This document shows, piece after piece, positions 37,443-50,902 of a stretch of 64,000 nucleotides of DNA (position 1 is its first letter; the number at the start of each line of letters is the position of its first letter). The DNA comes from Marsupella aquatica. Its lineage: Eukaryota; Plantae; Marchantiophyta. Under the pieces are notes generated by a model. The model saw only the letters and a program-made list of their open reading frames with translations, was not told where the DNA came from and searched no databases. Position numbers and translations under genes: made by a program. The stretch is from positions 12,812,828-12,876,827 of the forward strand of contig OZ316894.1 in the NCBI GenBank assembly GCA_973895155.1. The letters are read 5' to 3'.

Positions 37443-40400
37443 ATGCGCTGCAGGTAATGTTTGTTCCACCCGTTGGATTTAGGAAATCTGTCTGTCGTCG
37501 TAGACGAAATTGGATGCGGTACTTGGCAGTGCAGTGCAATGCTGGGGTCAATCGTGCAATTGCGCTGCGTTGTGAGCAGATACCATTTCTTTTGTGATCA
37601 AAGCTTAGCTTAGCTTAGCTTGCATTGCATTGCTTGCAGAAGGTTTGGGAGTAAGAGTAGGAGTAGTCTCGTCTCCCGGGGTCACGGGCGGGTGGCTTGT
37701 CACAAGAAGGAAAACTCCCATGGTCCTCACAGGTCCGCAAGGTCATTTGTTGTGGTTATTGCAGAAAGAGTTCAGGCCTCCCGTGCATTTCGGCCCTCGA
37801 CTCGCTCTATCGTCTCGTTCGATTCGACCAGACAGAGAGCCATTCAAAACCTCAGCTGGACAGGGAATGCTGCGAAATCGCTATGCCTCTCTTCACAGAT
37901 TTCCAGGGGTTGTCCAGTATCTACGCTAGATAGGTACATATTCCTGCTTCGTCAGATTTTGTTTTGTGTAATTGCTACATCCGACTCTGCACAGTGGTTA
38001 GGTGATCAGAAGCTCCAGTACTGTCAGCATATATGGTATTTGGTCGGTGGAGAGAATTAGATATATGAAAAGTTTTAAGCAAAGGCTTCGAAATTTAGAA
38101 GCATGAATCAGGATCACTGGCCGCGTAAGAACCTATTTCGAAGACAGGATATTGTTCTTTTCCATTCTAATGTGGCTTACTATAGGTAGCTTTCAACGAA
38201 ACATAGAAGTTATTATCCCCCCTTGCTCGCCTTCACAATTTAAATGTTCGATGTCACGAAGATCAAAGTAAACACTTTTGCGCCTTGTAATTCTCAGTGG
38301 ACAATATGACTAAATGGAAATAGTGATCTCATTCTTTGCGCGTACTTACTGGTTGGTGCACAGCATCAGCGTTCACCAGGGAACATTATCCGCTTAAGTT
38401 TCCAGGATTCGGATCGTACCAGCAGTACATCAGGATGTCTACACTTTGCCTCTTAAATTTGGGAATAGTACCTGTCTGTGATTTGCTTCAAGAGACGAGC
38501 TACTTCGAATTGGTAAACAGCCAATCTCCTATTATGTGCAGGATGACGAGATGTGCCACCACAGAAGACATTGAAGCTGAGAAAGAGTTCATTGAAGAAG
38601 ATGCTGTGAGACCCTTTTCTCTCTCCTTCATGATATTTCCTTGACGACCCATTGTCAACAAATTCATTAATTTTGAGTCAGATGCCGTTGGGAGTTTGTC
38701 AATCGCAAATTCTCTAGCTTTTCAAATGTAACATATTTACCTGTATCGCACTTGCAAAGGGTTGGTATTTTAGTACTCGATGCTTTTGCAGATGGAAAGG
38801 ATGGATAAAACGTTGGAAACTGTGAAGGGAAATTTCAACACTATCCGGACAGGAAGAGCCAGCCCATCTTTGCTTGACCGGGTGGAGGTATGATGTCAAG
38901 AAGTTAGTTAAATACCTCATGACTATCGAAATTGACATATCTCTACTTCATTGATTTTTGTTTGTGTCCATAATATGACCAGGTGGACATTTATTCCTAG
39001 GATGGAAATGTCTGTTGTGAATTGTATATGGCGTTTGCTGTTCTTCACTGAGAAATTTAATTCTTGGTCGAGGGACTATAGAACATGACTCAAAACTTTG
39101 GCTGTAGGTTGAATACTATGGTACACAGGTCACCCTCAGGAGCATTGCACAAGTGAACACTCCAGATGGAAGCACCGTTGTTGTGACACCGTTTGATAAA
39201 TCCAGGTATAGGTTTTCCCATTAATTTTCAATTGCCTTTCTTTGAAGTTCACCGGAAAACTAGCAATAGTTATTAAAAGAGTTATCTCAGGTGTGCGAAT
39301 GACTATCTGAAACTGCAGAAATAGGGATGGGTTTGTCCACAATAGGTTTATTGTTGGATCATAGTCAATTGCTGCTACCCGCTCTTAAATAACTGTACAT
39401 TTTATGGACTGCTTGTATGCGAATTGACTGATCAAAGCTACCCCTTGGGAATTCATTCTTTTTCAAGTGGGTTGCTGCAGTTTACCAGCAATTGAGAAAG
39501 CAATCAGCAAGTCTGATGTTGGGCTTACTCCAAATAACGACGGGAATCTGATACGACTCAATGTTCCACAGCTGACTGCTGACAGAAGAAAGGTAGAGTA
39601 CTATCTACTAGTGAAGCCTGTGACAAGCCATCTCTTACAACAGGGGGACAATTTCCTGAATCTCATCTGGCTTGGAAGTGGAATTTCTGATACTGTTTTC
39701 ATGACGTCCGCTTTGCAGGTGCTTTTAAAGATGGTATCCAAACTTTCGGAGGATGGCAAGGTATCTCTAAATTGACATTCCCAAAGTCTTGCTTATCATG
39801 TGCACTCAAAGCCTGAACTAGTGCTGTGTCAACTGCGGGTCTCTGCAATGATCGGCTTTGTTAACTCACGAAATGTGCTTGTGAAGGTTGCTATTCGAAA
39901 TGTGAGAAGAGATGCTATTAAAGCATTTGAAAAATTAGAGAAGGTATGATTTTATCTAGCATTCTCTTCTTTGCTGTTGGTAATGTTGTAAATCACTACG
40001 TACCACCACAGGATGTTTTCATGAATATTCTGTGTATTTTGCTACCCACCCAGAAATATTCTTTTATAAAGAAATATTCTTCTATTGTGACAGGACAAGA
40101 AACTATCAGAAGACAATATGAAAGACGCCACTGATGAGATCCAGGTCCAGGAGCTCTCGGACACCTATCTTCATTTCTTTAATTTGAATTTTCATGCTAA
40201 CGTGAATTAAGGACCATCATTTGATATTTACTCAAAGCATTGGGATGTTGCAGAAACTAACTGATGATTATGTCAAGAAAATTGATACCCTGTTCAAGCA
40301 GAAAGAAAAGGTATGATCTTGGCTCAGCCACTAATAAATGCAATGCCCTTTGTTGTTGCTTGCTATTGCTTCATTCGTTATGAGGAAACAAACTGTTTTG

Positions 40401-40508
40401 TGTAAAGTTGAGGTAGAGATCCTGGATCACACTTTCTGTTTGTGTCTACAAGTTTGACTGATCGTACTGAAATCTCCCTTTTACGTACAGGAATTGTCAA
40501 CGGTGTAA
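37443..40508 (+). CDS. RRF: Chloroplast ribosome recycling factor (RRF/frr), multi-exon
   Basis: Exons 38542-38605, 38792-38887, 39108-39205, 39481-39592, 39719-39760, 39887-39943, 40094-40144, 40254-40310 and 40491-40508 splice in phase to [11 protein letters not shown]...[23 protein letters not shown]...[11 protein letters not shown]...[10 protein letters not shown]...KKLSED...KQKEKELSTV*. Probable S/R-rich transit-peptide exon 37640-37933. First exon and start codon uncertain (ATG 37443 fits the phase; ATGs 37360 and 37399 do not). Confidence 0.93.
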
Positions 40509-42853
40509 ATTTGCTAAGACGGTCACATTTCTTGTAGCCAAGCTCAGTCAGAAAAATACTTATTTTGAAGAAGCATTGCGCTATAGACCATAACACAATG
40601 CTTCGTGCCTATTTTGATTTCCGATCGCATTCAGTAAAGTTTGACTTACCGAAAGCACAACGACGGCCAGCAGGGCTGTACTGTTGTTTGTTTAGTATAT
40701 TTTAGAGTATATTCGAAGGAGAGTCATTGACTAGGATTGTATTCATATATATAATCACATGTGTCACCAGAGTGACCCCAAACTGCCTTCAATTCCTTCA
40801 ATAGAATGTTTGCCTTCCCATCAGTAACGTATGACCTCTGAATGCTTATGTTGAATACAAACCTGAACTGCTTTCATTCTTCATTTTTAAAATAAAGTTC
40901 ATCATTTCATTTGTTTTCAGCTTTCCCGCAAAGGTCAAAATTGCTACATATCTAAAAGCCACTACCAGAAACTTGTGAATGCTGGCCGCCCCACATACAT
41001 GAATGTACCCCTGGGCCATCATCTCCCCCAATAAACACCCTTCAAACTTGTGAGCTTCCAAGATGGTCAGAAGCTTTTACTCTTTATGCAATCGAAACAA
41101 ATCTGACGTCAAAAATCAAGAGCTTTGGCTTGATGGGAGAAAGGCTTTGTGGAACAAACTCTACAAACATGAAAATATAGAATTCAGATGGTTAGTCAAC
41201 GTAATTTTCGAGAACAGTCTCTAAGAATGTCAATGAAGAGAATTTGAAGTGAGGTCATACTAGACCACAAATCACTTCTTAGGTAAGTGACGTAGCTATG
41301 TTATTGTATTGCCTACAGGCTTCTTGAGCAAACATGAGTGTACTGGGGCACTCTTAATCTATTCTTGAATAGATTTAAACTATTTCTTTCCTTTGCACCT
41401 CCATTTCATTCATTGTGGAATCAAAAGGCAAGTTTAACGAGCAGTTGATTGGAAATATCTGCAGGCATCATTGTCTAAACGAGCTTCCTCAGATGTTTAT
41501 CCTCGAAAAAGGAAAACAAGGTAGTTCATTTACAGTAGACAAGAGAAGGAAACCATGCCCAAGTGACAAAGCTGCACAAGCTGGCCGCCACTCAAGCGAG
41601 GGAAAACCCAGAATGCTCTACACAAAACCGAGCCAAGTAAACCGGCAGCCACACCACACAAACGTCAGCCACAAACATGCTGCAGCCAGCAAGGCAGGAG
41701 CCACCGAGAGGAGCTCCTCATCAAAACACACTACAACCAGGCGCGTGACCAAGCTATGAGTCACAATGTGTTGAAGAGTACAGTTTGAGACAATACGGGC
41801 GACACTATGCAGAGCAGCTTATTTTTAACGTTTTTGGTTTTTAGGCAGTGTGGCCAATGTCAGTCTTTCTAGCAAGGAGATGCTATGAATATTCTTGATC
41901 AGTTTTGAATTATTTCCGATATCCCTAGAATCTGGCAAATGGGGTCCATGATTTGGTGGGAAAGAGGTGAATGGTATACAAAGAAACTAGCTAGTGTTTG
42001 CCACTTTGGGGAGGTGGAATTTGGCGAAAACTCGCACCTAAAAAATGTGCTGGTGCACAATATTGTTTGGGGCCATCACCCTAAGTTCAGCCAGTCACTA
42101 AGAACAGACTACCCAGAGACCCAAGATGGGGACGATCCCCCCTCCTCCTCCCTTTGCAAAGCTGCACCTAAAATCCTGAAAATCTAATGTACCAAACTCA
42201 TCATGTTTGGTTTGAACTTCCAGTTTCACTCAAATGTAAAATAGACCTGGGTACGAGCGGAACCCAGAGTGCTGAAGTTTGTCAAAGAGAAGTTTCAAGG
42301 AGAACGTCTTTCAGCCGACGGAGCCAGATGCTGCTTCGGGTTCCATCGAGGGTGGGAGGAAAGCACACGTTGTTCCACCGCAGCTGGTTTACCCATCCCA
42401 TGGCACTGTAGCGTGGGTCTCGCAGAGTGGCCTTCTGATGACGGAGTAGGGGCGGTTTTTATTTGCAGCCATACGAATAACGCTCTTTAGGTTCGGATGA
42501 CAACTTTGTTCAACTGTAGCTTCAATACGGGAGTCAAGCCGAGCGAGAGGTCCCATGACGAGTGCAGCCTTACTCGCCACTCGACCATCCAGGCCATTGC
42601 CCCTATTTGGAATTGAATGAAATCAACCAAAGAGAAGAGAAGAGAAGAAGCGACACCAAATATTAGCAGCAATTAAACTGGAGCTAGGTACGGCTAGGCA
42701 GGCAGGTGAGGATTGCCGAATTTGGTTGTGAACAACTTCATCCGGCATTACCTTATGTGCTGGCTGCTGCAGATAGAGGGGCGAAGTGCAGATTGTGAAA
42801 GGGAAAGAGTTTGGAAGCGCTTGTGAAGAAAGGAAGACCAGGGAGGGGAGGGC

Positions 42854-44463
42854 ATGGCGGCAAGACTTGAATTAGGATTGACCACTGGAGCCTTTCATCC
42901 CGTCGTGGATCGATGTGTTGCCGGTGCTAGAGCCAGCGCCAACAACAATGAGGAAGCACCTGGATGTTCCTTCGTGTCTGCTGCTAGGAAATCTGCAGCA
43001 GGAGCATCTTCATCATCCCTGCAAGTGCTAGTGATAAGGCCCAACTGGAGGAGCAGTCAACAATTGCCGTCATCATCACCATGGCTTGGCAGGAAGACGA
43101 AGCGCGTGTTTTCGGTCCGGATGTCAGTGGATGTTGACGGCAGCGCTGCTGCAGCAAAGGCAGAGGGTTCCGCATCTAAGACCGAGGACGAGCTGATCAA
43201 AGAAGCGACCGCAGATCTCCAGAAGGACCTGGATTCTCGCCGAGGTGAGTGTCTGCAGCAGCAGCAGTCACTGTGTGCTTAGGTGGGGGACAGGGGGGGA
43301 ACAATGTAGAAAATTAAGCAGAAATTAAGCATTAGGGGGGTCTTCATGTCTCTGAATTCTGCAGCATCCTGCCTATTGTGACTTCCGTAGCGCTCAGAAC
43401 TGTCTCTGTGAGGCTAGGCTACGGTACCCTCTCGCTCCGCCCACTTGCTTGCTTTGAAAGCGAGGATGATGAATGGAACCAATGCAGTTTAAAAGCTCTA
43501 AGTTTCGAGTTGTGGTCATCGTGGGACACCACAGTGTAGCACGGAAGAGTCAGCGGGTTTTCATGTCAGTAGAATGTTGTCTTGGTTTGTGCGGAATGTC
43601 AGTAATGGTACCTCAGCAGGGGATTTTCGCGCAGTAGATGCAGAGAGGGGAGAAATGGGATGCAATTGAACTGAATGCCTATTGGCAAACTAAGTTCCTC
43701 CTCACAAAAACTACGATATAGTCAGTGGTGTTCATTATCAAAGTGATGGGTATCCGTAAGCTTCCGAGAAATGTCGGATCTAGGGACGCTTTCAATGCAT
43801 TTCTAACATGGCACATCCGAATCTGCAAAATTGATAAGGGCATTGGAGCATTGGAACAAACAAGTAACAGGCAGCTCATACTCACGTCTCCGTTGGACTT
43901 TTTCTTGCAGTTGTGAGCTGATTGTCGATAGCCAGAACCCATGGGCATAGTAGAGAAGATTGCCACCCTATGCACTTCTCCTAGCCAGTATCTAGATAGA
44001 AGAGAGTTTGAGAAATGTTAACTCTTGCAGAAATGGGTGATGAATTCTTGCATCTAGTTTCTGTCTCATTGGATACGGCTCGTTCCGTGTTCACGGAATA
44101 ATTGTGTGTCGTTGGATGTGATTGACGACGACAGGTCTGGAGGAGAGGTATTTAGTGATCAACAGTGGCAAGTATGAATGCCGCTCTTGTGGTTATGTGT
44201 ACAACTCGGAGAAAGGAGATCCTAACTATCCAATTCCTGGGGGTATTGTATTCTCGGACCTGCCAACCGATTGGAGGTGTCCAACCTGTGGCGCTGCTCA
44301 ATCATACTTCCAAAGCAAGGGTGTTGAGGTTGCAGGGTTTGTCCAAAATCAAAATTATGGCCTGGGCGGGAATGCCATGACTGAGAGCCAGAAGAGTCTA
44401 TTGATATATGGGACCCTGGTCTTTTTCTTTGCTCTCTTCCTTGCAGGTTACTTACTTCAATGA
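42854..44463 (+). CDS. RBD1: Thylakoid membrane rubredoxin (RBD1/RubA-like), 239 aa
   Basis: Exons 42854-43244 and 44135-44463 (phase-1 GT-AG intron). Transit-peptide-like N-terminus, YECRSCGYVY...WRCPTCGA iron-binding motifs and C-terminal transmembrane helix LLIYGTLVFFFALFLAGYLLQ. Confidence 0.93.
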
Positions 44464-44765
44464 GAGGATCTAGTGGGTTGGTACTTACCGTGAGGATTTT
44501 AATGCTCTTGTATGGTCGAAGAGCTCTGTTCACGTAGGCACCCTTGGAACTGGGTACCATGATATCGGCTTGATCTGGTTAGTTACTGTCAAAAGGAAGG
44601 ACAGTCAGTCCGTTTCTCCTGTATGTAACATATTTCAATACGATATCTACCTAGCAAGTACTCCGGAGTGCTCCAATTTCTCCAATTTCACCAAGATTTG
44701 AATGATTCACATTGCTCGGAAATGATATTTTTATCTAATTCTTTCGTGAAACTCCTTCATTCACA

Positions 44766-47530
44766 ATGAATAGACCTGTCACTCGTGAGCTACAGGACGT
44801 GTCGAATTCCCTGGGGTACTTCCACTCCCGTTTGTTTACTAGGATTTCCGTGTCTTTGCGACCACTTCTTCAGAGAGCCTTTTGTCTTCCCATAGACCGG
44901 TTGGCTCGTGACCTTTCGGATGTTGGGGCCTGGTCCTTGCTTCTTTTGCTCCCTCACTTGGTGTTGGTCCTTCCTCCGCAGGGGGGCGGCTAGGCATAGG
45001 GAGACCATGGTCAGGTTGCAGTGGTTCTTGTCTGGGGAGTGGGCTTTGCTTCAAGAGGAGTATTATCATTGGTTGTTAACATTGGCCTCCCTGTCATCTG
45101 AGCCTGTTGGGGAACCGTAAACCCTAAAGTCCCCCCGGTGCAGGGTCGGTCTCGTCAGTGCCTTCTGTTGTGGCAGGCTGGGGAGTTCTCACAGGCTGCT
45201 TGCTCTTTGGTTCCACTCTCCCGCTCTCCTCCCTTGGCTGAGACTGGTCTTGCCCTATAGTCTCTCCATCCCCAGGCCACCTCCGAGGTCCCTAGTTTTC
45301 TTGGGAGTTTTGCTCCGGAGACAGTTCTCCCTCTCCCTTGAGGTGTTCTCCTCTGTCTTCCCTCATCTGCCCTGTCTATCCACGGGCAGGGTTTTTGGGA
45401 TGAGGTTGGAGTATCTTTGGGATTGCTTTTCTCCCAATGACTCAACATCTGGTTTTTCTCAGTTGTTCCAGGTCTGTGCCCATGTTGCGGGGGTTGTATT
45501 CCTCCTGTGATTGTGCGGCTCTCATGTCGACTTTTGGCTATGGCCAAAGAGACTAGGGATGTCAAGCCCCTGGCTATTGGGGAGGTCTTGTTTTGATTTG
45601 TTAGCCGCTCCATTTGTCTTCAGACCAGGGCCCCATTTCCGTCACACTTCTTTCCTCACCAGTTTGGTGTGGCCACCCCGGCAGATGCAAGAGTGTGGTG
45701 CATGGCCTATGTGCCATCTTGGATATCCACCCCGACTGGGCGGTTATTCAAGTGGATGAGGCCAATGCATTCAAACTCTGTTTCTCGTCGGGTCATGTTT
45801 GAGGAGCTTAGGGTCGGGGGGGGGCGGGGGGCAGGGGGGGGGTGTGGAGGAATTGCATCTCTCATCCCCTTTGCCAAAGCCTTTTAAGGGGCCCCGACCC
45901 CCTTGGTTTACCCTGACCATCTTGGTTTTGGGTCCTACTTGACCATTTCTTTTGAGTTTGGAACTAGGCAGGGTGATCCGGGGGGAGGGGCCTTGTTTGC
46001 TATGGCTCATCTTCGGGCTCTCTGGGCCTCTTCAGCTGCTTTCCCGGGTTGCTTGTTTCTTTCAATTGCGGACAATACTCACATTGTGGCCCCAATCTCA
46101 CTTGTTGAGCATGCCTATTTCCACTTTGTAGACTAGCTTACCCTCATTGGTCTTTCCGTTCAACCTAGGAAGTGTGGGGTTTGGTCCTGTCTCCCCCTTC
46201 TCAATTGGGTTCCCAACTCTTTCACCCCCCCTCCTCCTTGGTATTCCCATTCGGTCCGAGTGCATTACTTTGGTCCTTGGGGTGCCATTTTGAAGGGGCT
46301 ATCTTTGAGCAGGATTTTCTTCTAGCTGCTCTGTTCCATGATGTTTTGCATATTGACCAGTTGGTGGCCTTGGGGATGTCCAGATCTTCTTGATATTGGT
46401 CTTGTGTTTTTGTTCGTCCGGACAGTCCCTCCTAGTGTGATGTTTTTGTCTTTGCTCTCTTCATTTAACACCACTCTGATGAGAGTCTTTGGTCACCTCA
46501 TTGGTCCGGGAGCCTTTGATGGAGAGGATGGGTCTTTTGTGGCTAGGCAGGCTGCGTTGCCTCCATCGGGTGGTGGTATGGGGGTGGCTTAGGCGATGGC
46601 AATTGCCCCTTGTGCGTTTCTTGGTAGTTGGGCGCAGGTTATTCCCGCGGTGATCTCACTTTTCATTGTGGACCTTCGGCCTATCCTCTCTGACTTAGTC
46701 ATGGGAGTGGAGAACAGAGCTCTCATGTTTCAGGTCCAATTTCGTCATGCATGGTCCCTATTGTCAGAGGACGTGCAGAGCGTGGTCCCTACATTCAAGG
46801 GGGTTCTATTGGACAGCCCGGATCAAGTCCAACAATTTGGTGATTTATGATCGCATCGGCATACCCTTTCTAGCATGCTTTCTATGGCACCCTTGGACTC
46901 AGCTTGGGCACATCTCTTATCCGGTTTGGGCGTTGGTGCGGGAGTCTCACTAATGGCTAGTCCACTTTGGGCTCCCTTTTGTATGAGTTCTTTTATCTTC
47001 ACCACATCCACGCGCCTTCGATTGGGTCTCCCTCACCCTTGCCTCTTGGGTCAGCCCACATGCATCTGTGGTGCACCCTTGGATGGGCAGAGCGTCCATA
47101 TCCTTAGGTGTGGACATGGTAGTGAGAGAACTGTGACACACGATGACATCCGGATGTGGTGGCTGCCATTGCTCATGACTTTGGGTACCATGTCATGATG
47201 GAGCAACGACATGTATACCTCCAAGGGATGGGGTTTCTGATCGATGGTGGGCAGGCCTGGTCTTCTCTCTCGCTAGAGTTTGTGCCCTTGGGGACATCGT
47301 TGATGTTGATCCTACCAGTGGGGCCAATGTTGCATCTGCTGCCTATGTTCTTGGCCATGTTGTTGTGAGGGCAGCTTGACTTAAGGAGGAGGCCTATGTT
47401 GTGCGGTACCCTGGGGACCTCTTCGGTCCATTTGTTGTGGAGATCTTTGGGGCGCTACACCCATCCTTTGACCATTTCCTACGTTCTTGTGCAGTTCCAT
47501 ACGTCGAGCGAGAGGCCTTATCCCCTGATG
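44766..47530 (+). mobile_element. Decayed CRE-clade (RLE) non-LTR retrotransposon
   Basis: Frameshifted RT motifs PLAIGEVL, HQFGVATP, VIQVDEANAF, GTRQGDP.GGALF, LSIADNTHIV, ARQAALPPSGGGMG; knuckle CICG...HILRC..G.ERTVTHD; endonuclease end FGPFVVEIFGALHP. Ends approximate; clade assigned from motif recall. Confidence 0.8.
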
Positions 47531-47745
47531 TACAAAATGTTGGTCAGGGAAGTCAGTCAGATACCTACTTAGAAGCTCGTCGGATGAAGATTGTCCACAT
47601 TGTATTATTGATCCAAGGGCTTTGGGTTTATATGTAACTCGTTTTCTAACTCTTGTAGCTCCCCATCAAGCATTCTCAAATATGTGTCAATTTAAATGAA
47701 GTTAACCCCAAGTACCCCACAAATTTTTGGGGTAATATGTACTTG

Positions 47746-48098
47746 AAATCCACGGATGCCGCCTCAGACACATGGACGCCTCCAATTAGATTACATCCCA
47801 AAAATAATCTTGAAATACCCCAACAATACCCCCATACAAGTGGGATGTAGATCATCCTCACCTAGGGAAATTGGATGGTTGAAAAGTACATCCTCCAAAA
47901 ATAAATCTACGGATGCCACCACAAACACTTGCATACCTCCAACCACAACCCAAAAATACCTTTGAAATACCAAAGTAATATCCCCATGCAAGTGGGATGT
48001 AGACCATCCTCACACAAGGAAATTGGACGGTTGCAATGCACATCATCCAAAAATAAAACCATTAATGCCACCGCAGACGATTGGATGCCTCCAATTGG
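47746..48098. repeat. Tandem repeat, ~153-157 bp unit, ~2.3 copies
   Basis: AAATC.ACGGATGCC near 47746 and 47903 with a decayed third copy near 48056; CAAGTGGGATGTAGA.CATCCTCAC occurs twice. Confidence 0.85.
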
Positions 48099-48289
48099 AG
48101 TGACAAGTCGCCAAAACTTGAATGACCAATAAAGTAAGTCACTAATGGGAGAAAAGTTCTAGAGCCACATTTGCTCAATCAAATTGAGTGAAATTTGGTT
48201 TGGAGATAAAAGAAAAGTAGATACATCTTTTGGCCAAATTTGAACACCAACCACAAAGTCTAATTGATGAGAGAGAAATGAAACCGTGG

Positions 48290-48647
48290 TGTTAGGCATT
48301 TACTATTAGTCTAGGGATAATTGTAACAATAGTTAGGGCCTACCTTAGTCGCAGACTAGGTTACTAGGTTAACTATGTTGCACACTATATCCCAAACAGT
48401 GTGTGCTTGGATAGCAGAAACTCAAGCTCATTCTTATGGAGCTAGTTGATAGATAGGGAGATCTTGTATTTCGAAGACTTGGTATGGGCGACGGGCCTAG
48501 AGTGCAATAAAGCTCTTGTGTGTTCTCATGGATGTAGCCTCAGTTGAGATGAATCATGTATCTCTCTATGTTGACTACTTGTGCGTTGGATGGTTTATGG
48601 GCTTGTTGTTGCAATTGTCGTCTATGCTCAACAATTGATATAAGAGC
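48290..48647 (+). mobile_element. 5' LTR (family A, older copy) plus degenerate tRNA-Met PBS of a Ty1/Copia element
   Basis: TGTTAGG...CTCAACA (48290-48633), homologous to the LTRs at 50209-50611 and 52583-52800. Followed by TGATATAAGAGC, resembling the iMet PBS TGGTATCAGAGC. Confidence 0.8.
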
Positions 48648-50467
48648 ATGCCTAGAAGGTGATGAGATTTTTTTTACGGTTTTTCCAGTGTTCAATGTCA
48701 GTATTTTTTTGGAATTCCATCACTTGGAGCTTGGAGGTTACGGGCTCAACACATAGATCCTAGCAAGGGCTTTTTACCATTGCATAAAACTCACAGGCCG
48801 GTATCCGTGGTGCAGAGGAATCAAAATTTGTGTTATTCTAGAAATTTGGTTAAGTTTTTTGTTTGACGGTTTTTTGGGAGAGGGACTAGAGTTAATTTTC
48901 TCAACGGTGTGAGATTTGCAATGCACAAGGCGTTTCATGTTGTAGCTCAACTTGTTGATCAAAACAAGTTGATTGTTTTGGTAGTTGGTTTGCTACTATG
49001 TGTGAACCAAGTGCGTCGTGATGAGCGAAAGAGGGGTTCTGATTTTTCATAGGCTATGGAGTATTTTTGTCCGAGTCGGGTTTCTCGTGGTGGTGGACTC
49101 AGTCACCTAGCATCCTCACCAATCCCAACACCCTTGCCTAAGCTAGTGCTCTTGGTGCCCAAACGCCTACACATAACTCTCTGAGTAAGCAACTTAATTG
49201 GTACCTCTATCACCCCCAATGGCAACTCCCATACAAAGTTGCCTTTGCTCCCTAACACGAGCACCACTCAACAGTCATCACTGTCTTTACAAGCAGCCAA
49301 AACTACAGTAAATAACCCCGTAGGATCTAGGAACTTTGAGACTAGTGTCTCAACTCAAGCTCAACAGAGATTGGCAAGTAGGCCACCAAATAGAACCTCT
49401 CGGGATTGCATGGCCTTGCCATAAGCCAAGGCCAGAGCCGATACCCATTGTTTGTGCAGAACAAACCCTCTTTGGGTGCTGCCCATGTTTTCTAACTTCC
49501 TATTCGTCACTAACTGACCAACCTCTCCCCAGAACATGCTCATGGCCCAAATAGCTAGCTTGTCCCAAAGGCTTGTCCTAAAATGTCAGGACCAGATAGG
49601 CCCTGACTCTAGCAACCAACTCCCAGGTTCCCGCTCAGCCAAGACTCTAGGGGATAAGTGCACTTGGAACTCAACCTCCATGCCTACTTTACTTTTGCTC
49701 CCTAATGTAAGCTCCCATTAGAAACTGAATGCGACTTGGTTGTTGTTTTGGCAGGATTTGGCAAACGGGCGAGATAGCCCTCGCAAACCCAATAACCAAT
49801 GGCACCCATAGACCCAGATTAGCTCAAAAGGATGTAGTCCTCTTCAAGACCTTTCCAACGCATCCAAGAAGTACTCCAATAGACTCCTCATTGAGAATTT
49901 AGCATGGTTTTCATTTGAAGTTTCTTCTTAGTGTCGCGACCACTGCGGCTAATGACTTGGGCTTGCCCGTGGCCACCAAGGAGACATCACTCCCTCATAT
50001 ATGTTTCTAGAGACCTATCACCCCTAGACCATCTTTGGCCCCTTGTGTTTGGCCCTCAACCTGGACTCCAACCTGCACGCATGGACACACAACTAACTTG
50101 CTATGCCCATAATTTTGTAGCTAGACATTTGTAAGTGGAGTGCCTTAGCTCATTGTGATCAGGCTAACCCAATGCTCATGCCAAGGCCCTAAGAACCTAT
50201 CATCATTCTGTCAAGCATAGACGATGATCGCAACGACAAGCCCATGAACCATCCAACGCACAATAGTCGACACAAGAGATACGTGGTTCACCTCCTTGAG
50301 GCTACGTCCACGGGAATACACAAGAGAGCTTTACTGAACTCTAAGCCCGTCGGCTATACCGAGTCTCCACAGTGTAAGCTCTCCCTATCTCTCAAGTGGC
50401 TCCATAACAATGAGCCTTGGTTCTACCTCTCCAAGCACACATGCCTCTTATGATATAGTGTGCAACT

Positions 50468-50575
50468 TAGTTGTACCTAACCACATAGTTGTACCTAATC
50501 ACGTAGTTGTACCTAACCACATAGTTGTACCTAACCACGTAGTTGTACCAACCCACGTTGTTGTACCAACCACAT
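50468..50575. repeat. 18-bp minisatellite (TAGTTGTACCTAACCACR), ~6 copies inside the LTR
   Basis: Directly visible tandem units; absent from the older family-A LTR at 48290. Confidence 0.9.
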
Positions 50576-50902
50576 CATACCTAACCTAGACGTAAGAGTA
50601 AATACCCAACAATCTTCCCCTTGACTCTGGTCTAGGGGAGAGTAATACTGCCAATGTATATGATCCCTCAGCGGGAAGTTTTGGACAAAAACCAAACCGG
50701 TTTCCCTCTCTAACTAGAGCAAACCAGAACTAAGCCGTAGCCTAATACATAGGAATGAGGAAGAACATATATCAGTAATTACAATGAATGTTAAGAAAAC
50801 TCTACTTGTGATGCAATTGCAAAACCTGCAATACGTCACGGTGTCTAGAGAAACTCTCCAGTTTGTAGGAAGTATAGAGCCGGTTTGAATGTTGTCTTTG
50901 GG

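Noticed and set aside
41300-42700. Possible divergent spliced transcript opposite rubredoxin
   Set aside because: Some splice-like signals, but no coherent ORF and no expression evidence.
50468-50575. Short repeat array considered as CRISPR-like
   Set aside because: Units are contiguous without unique spacers, lie within an LTR, and the context is eukaryotic.
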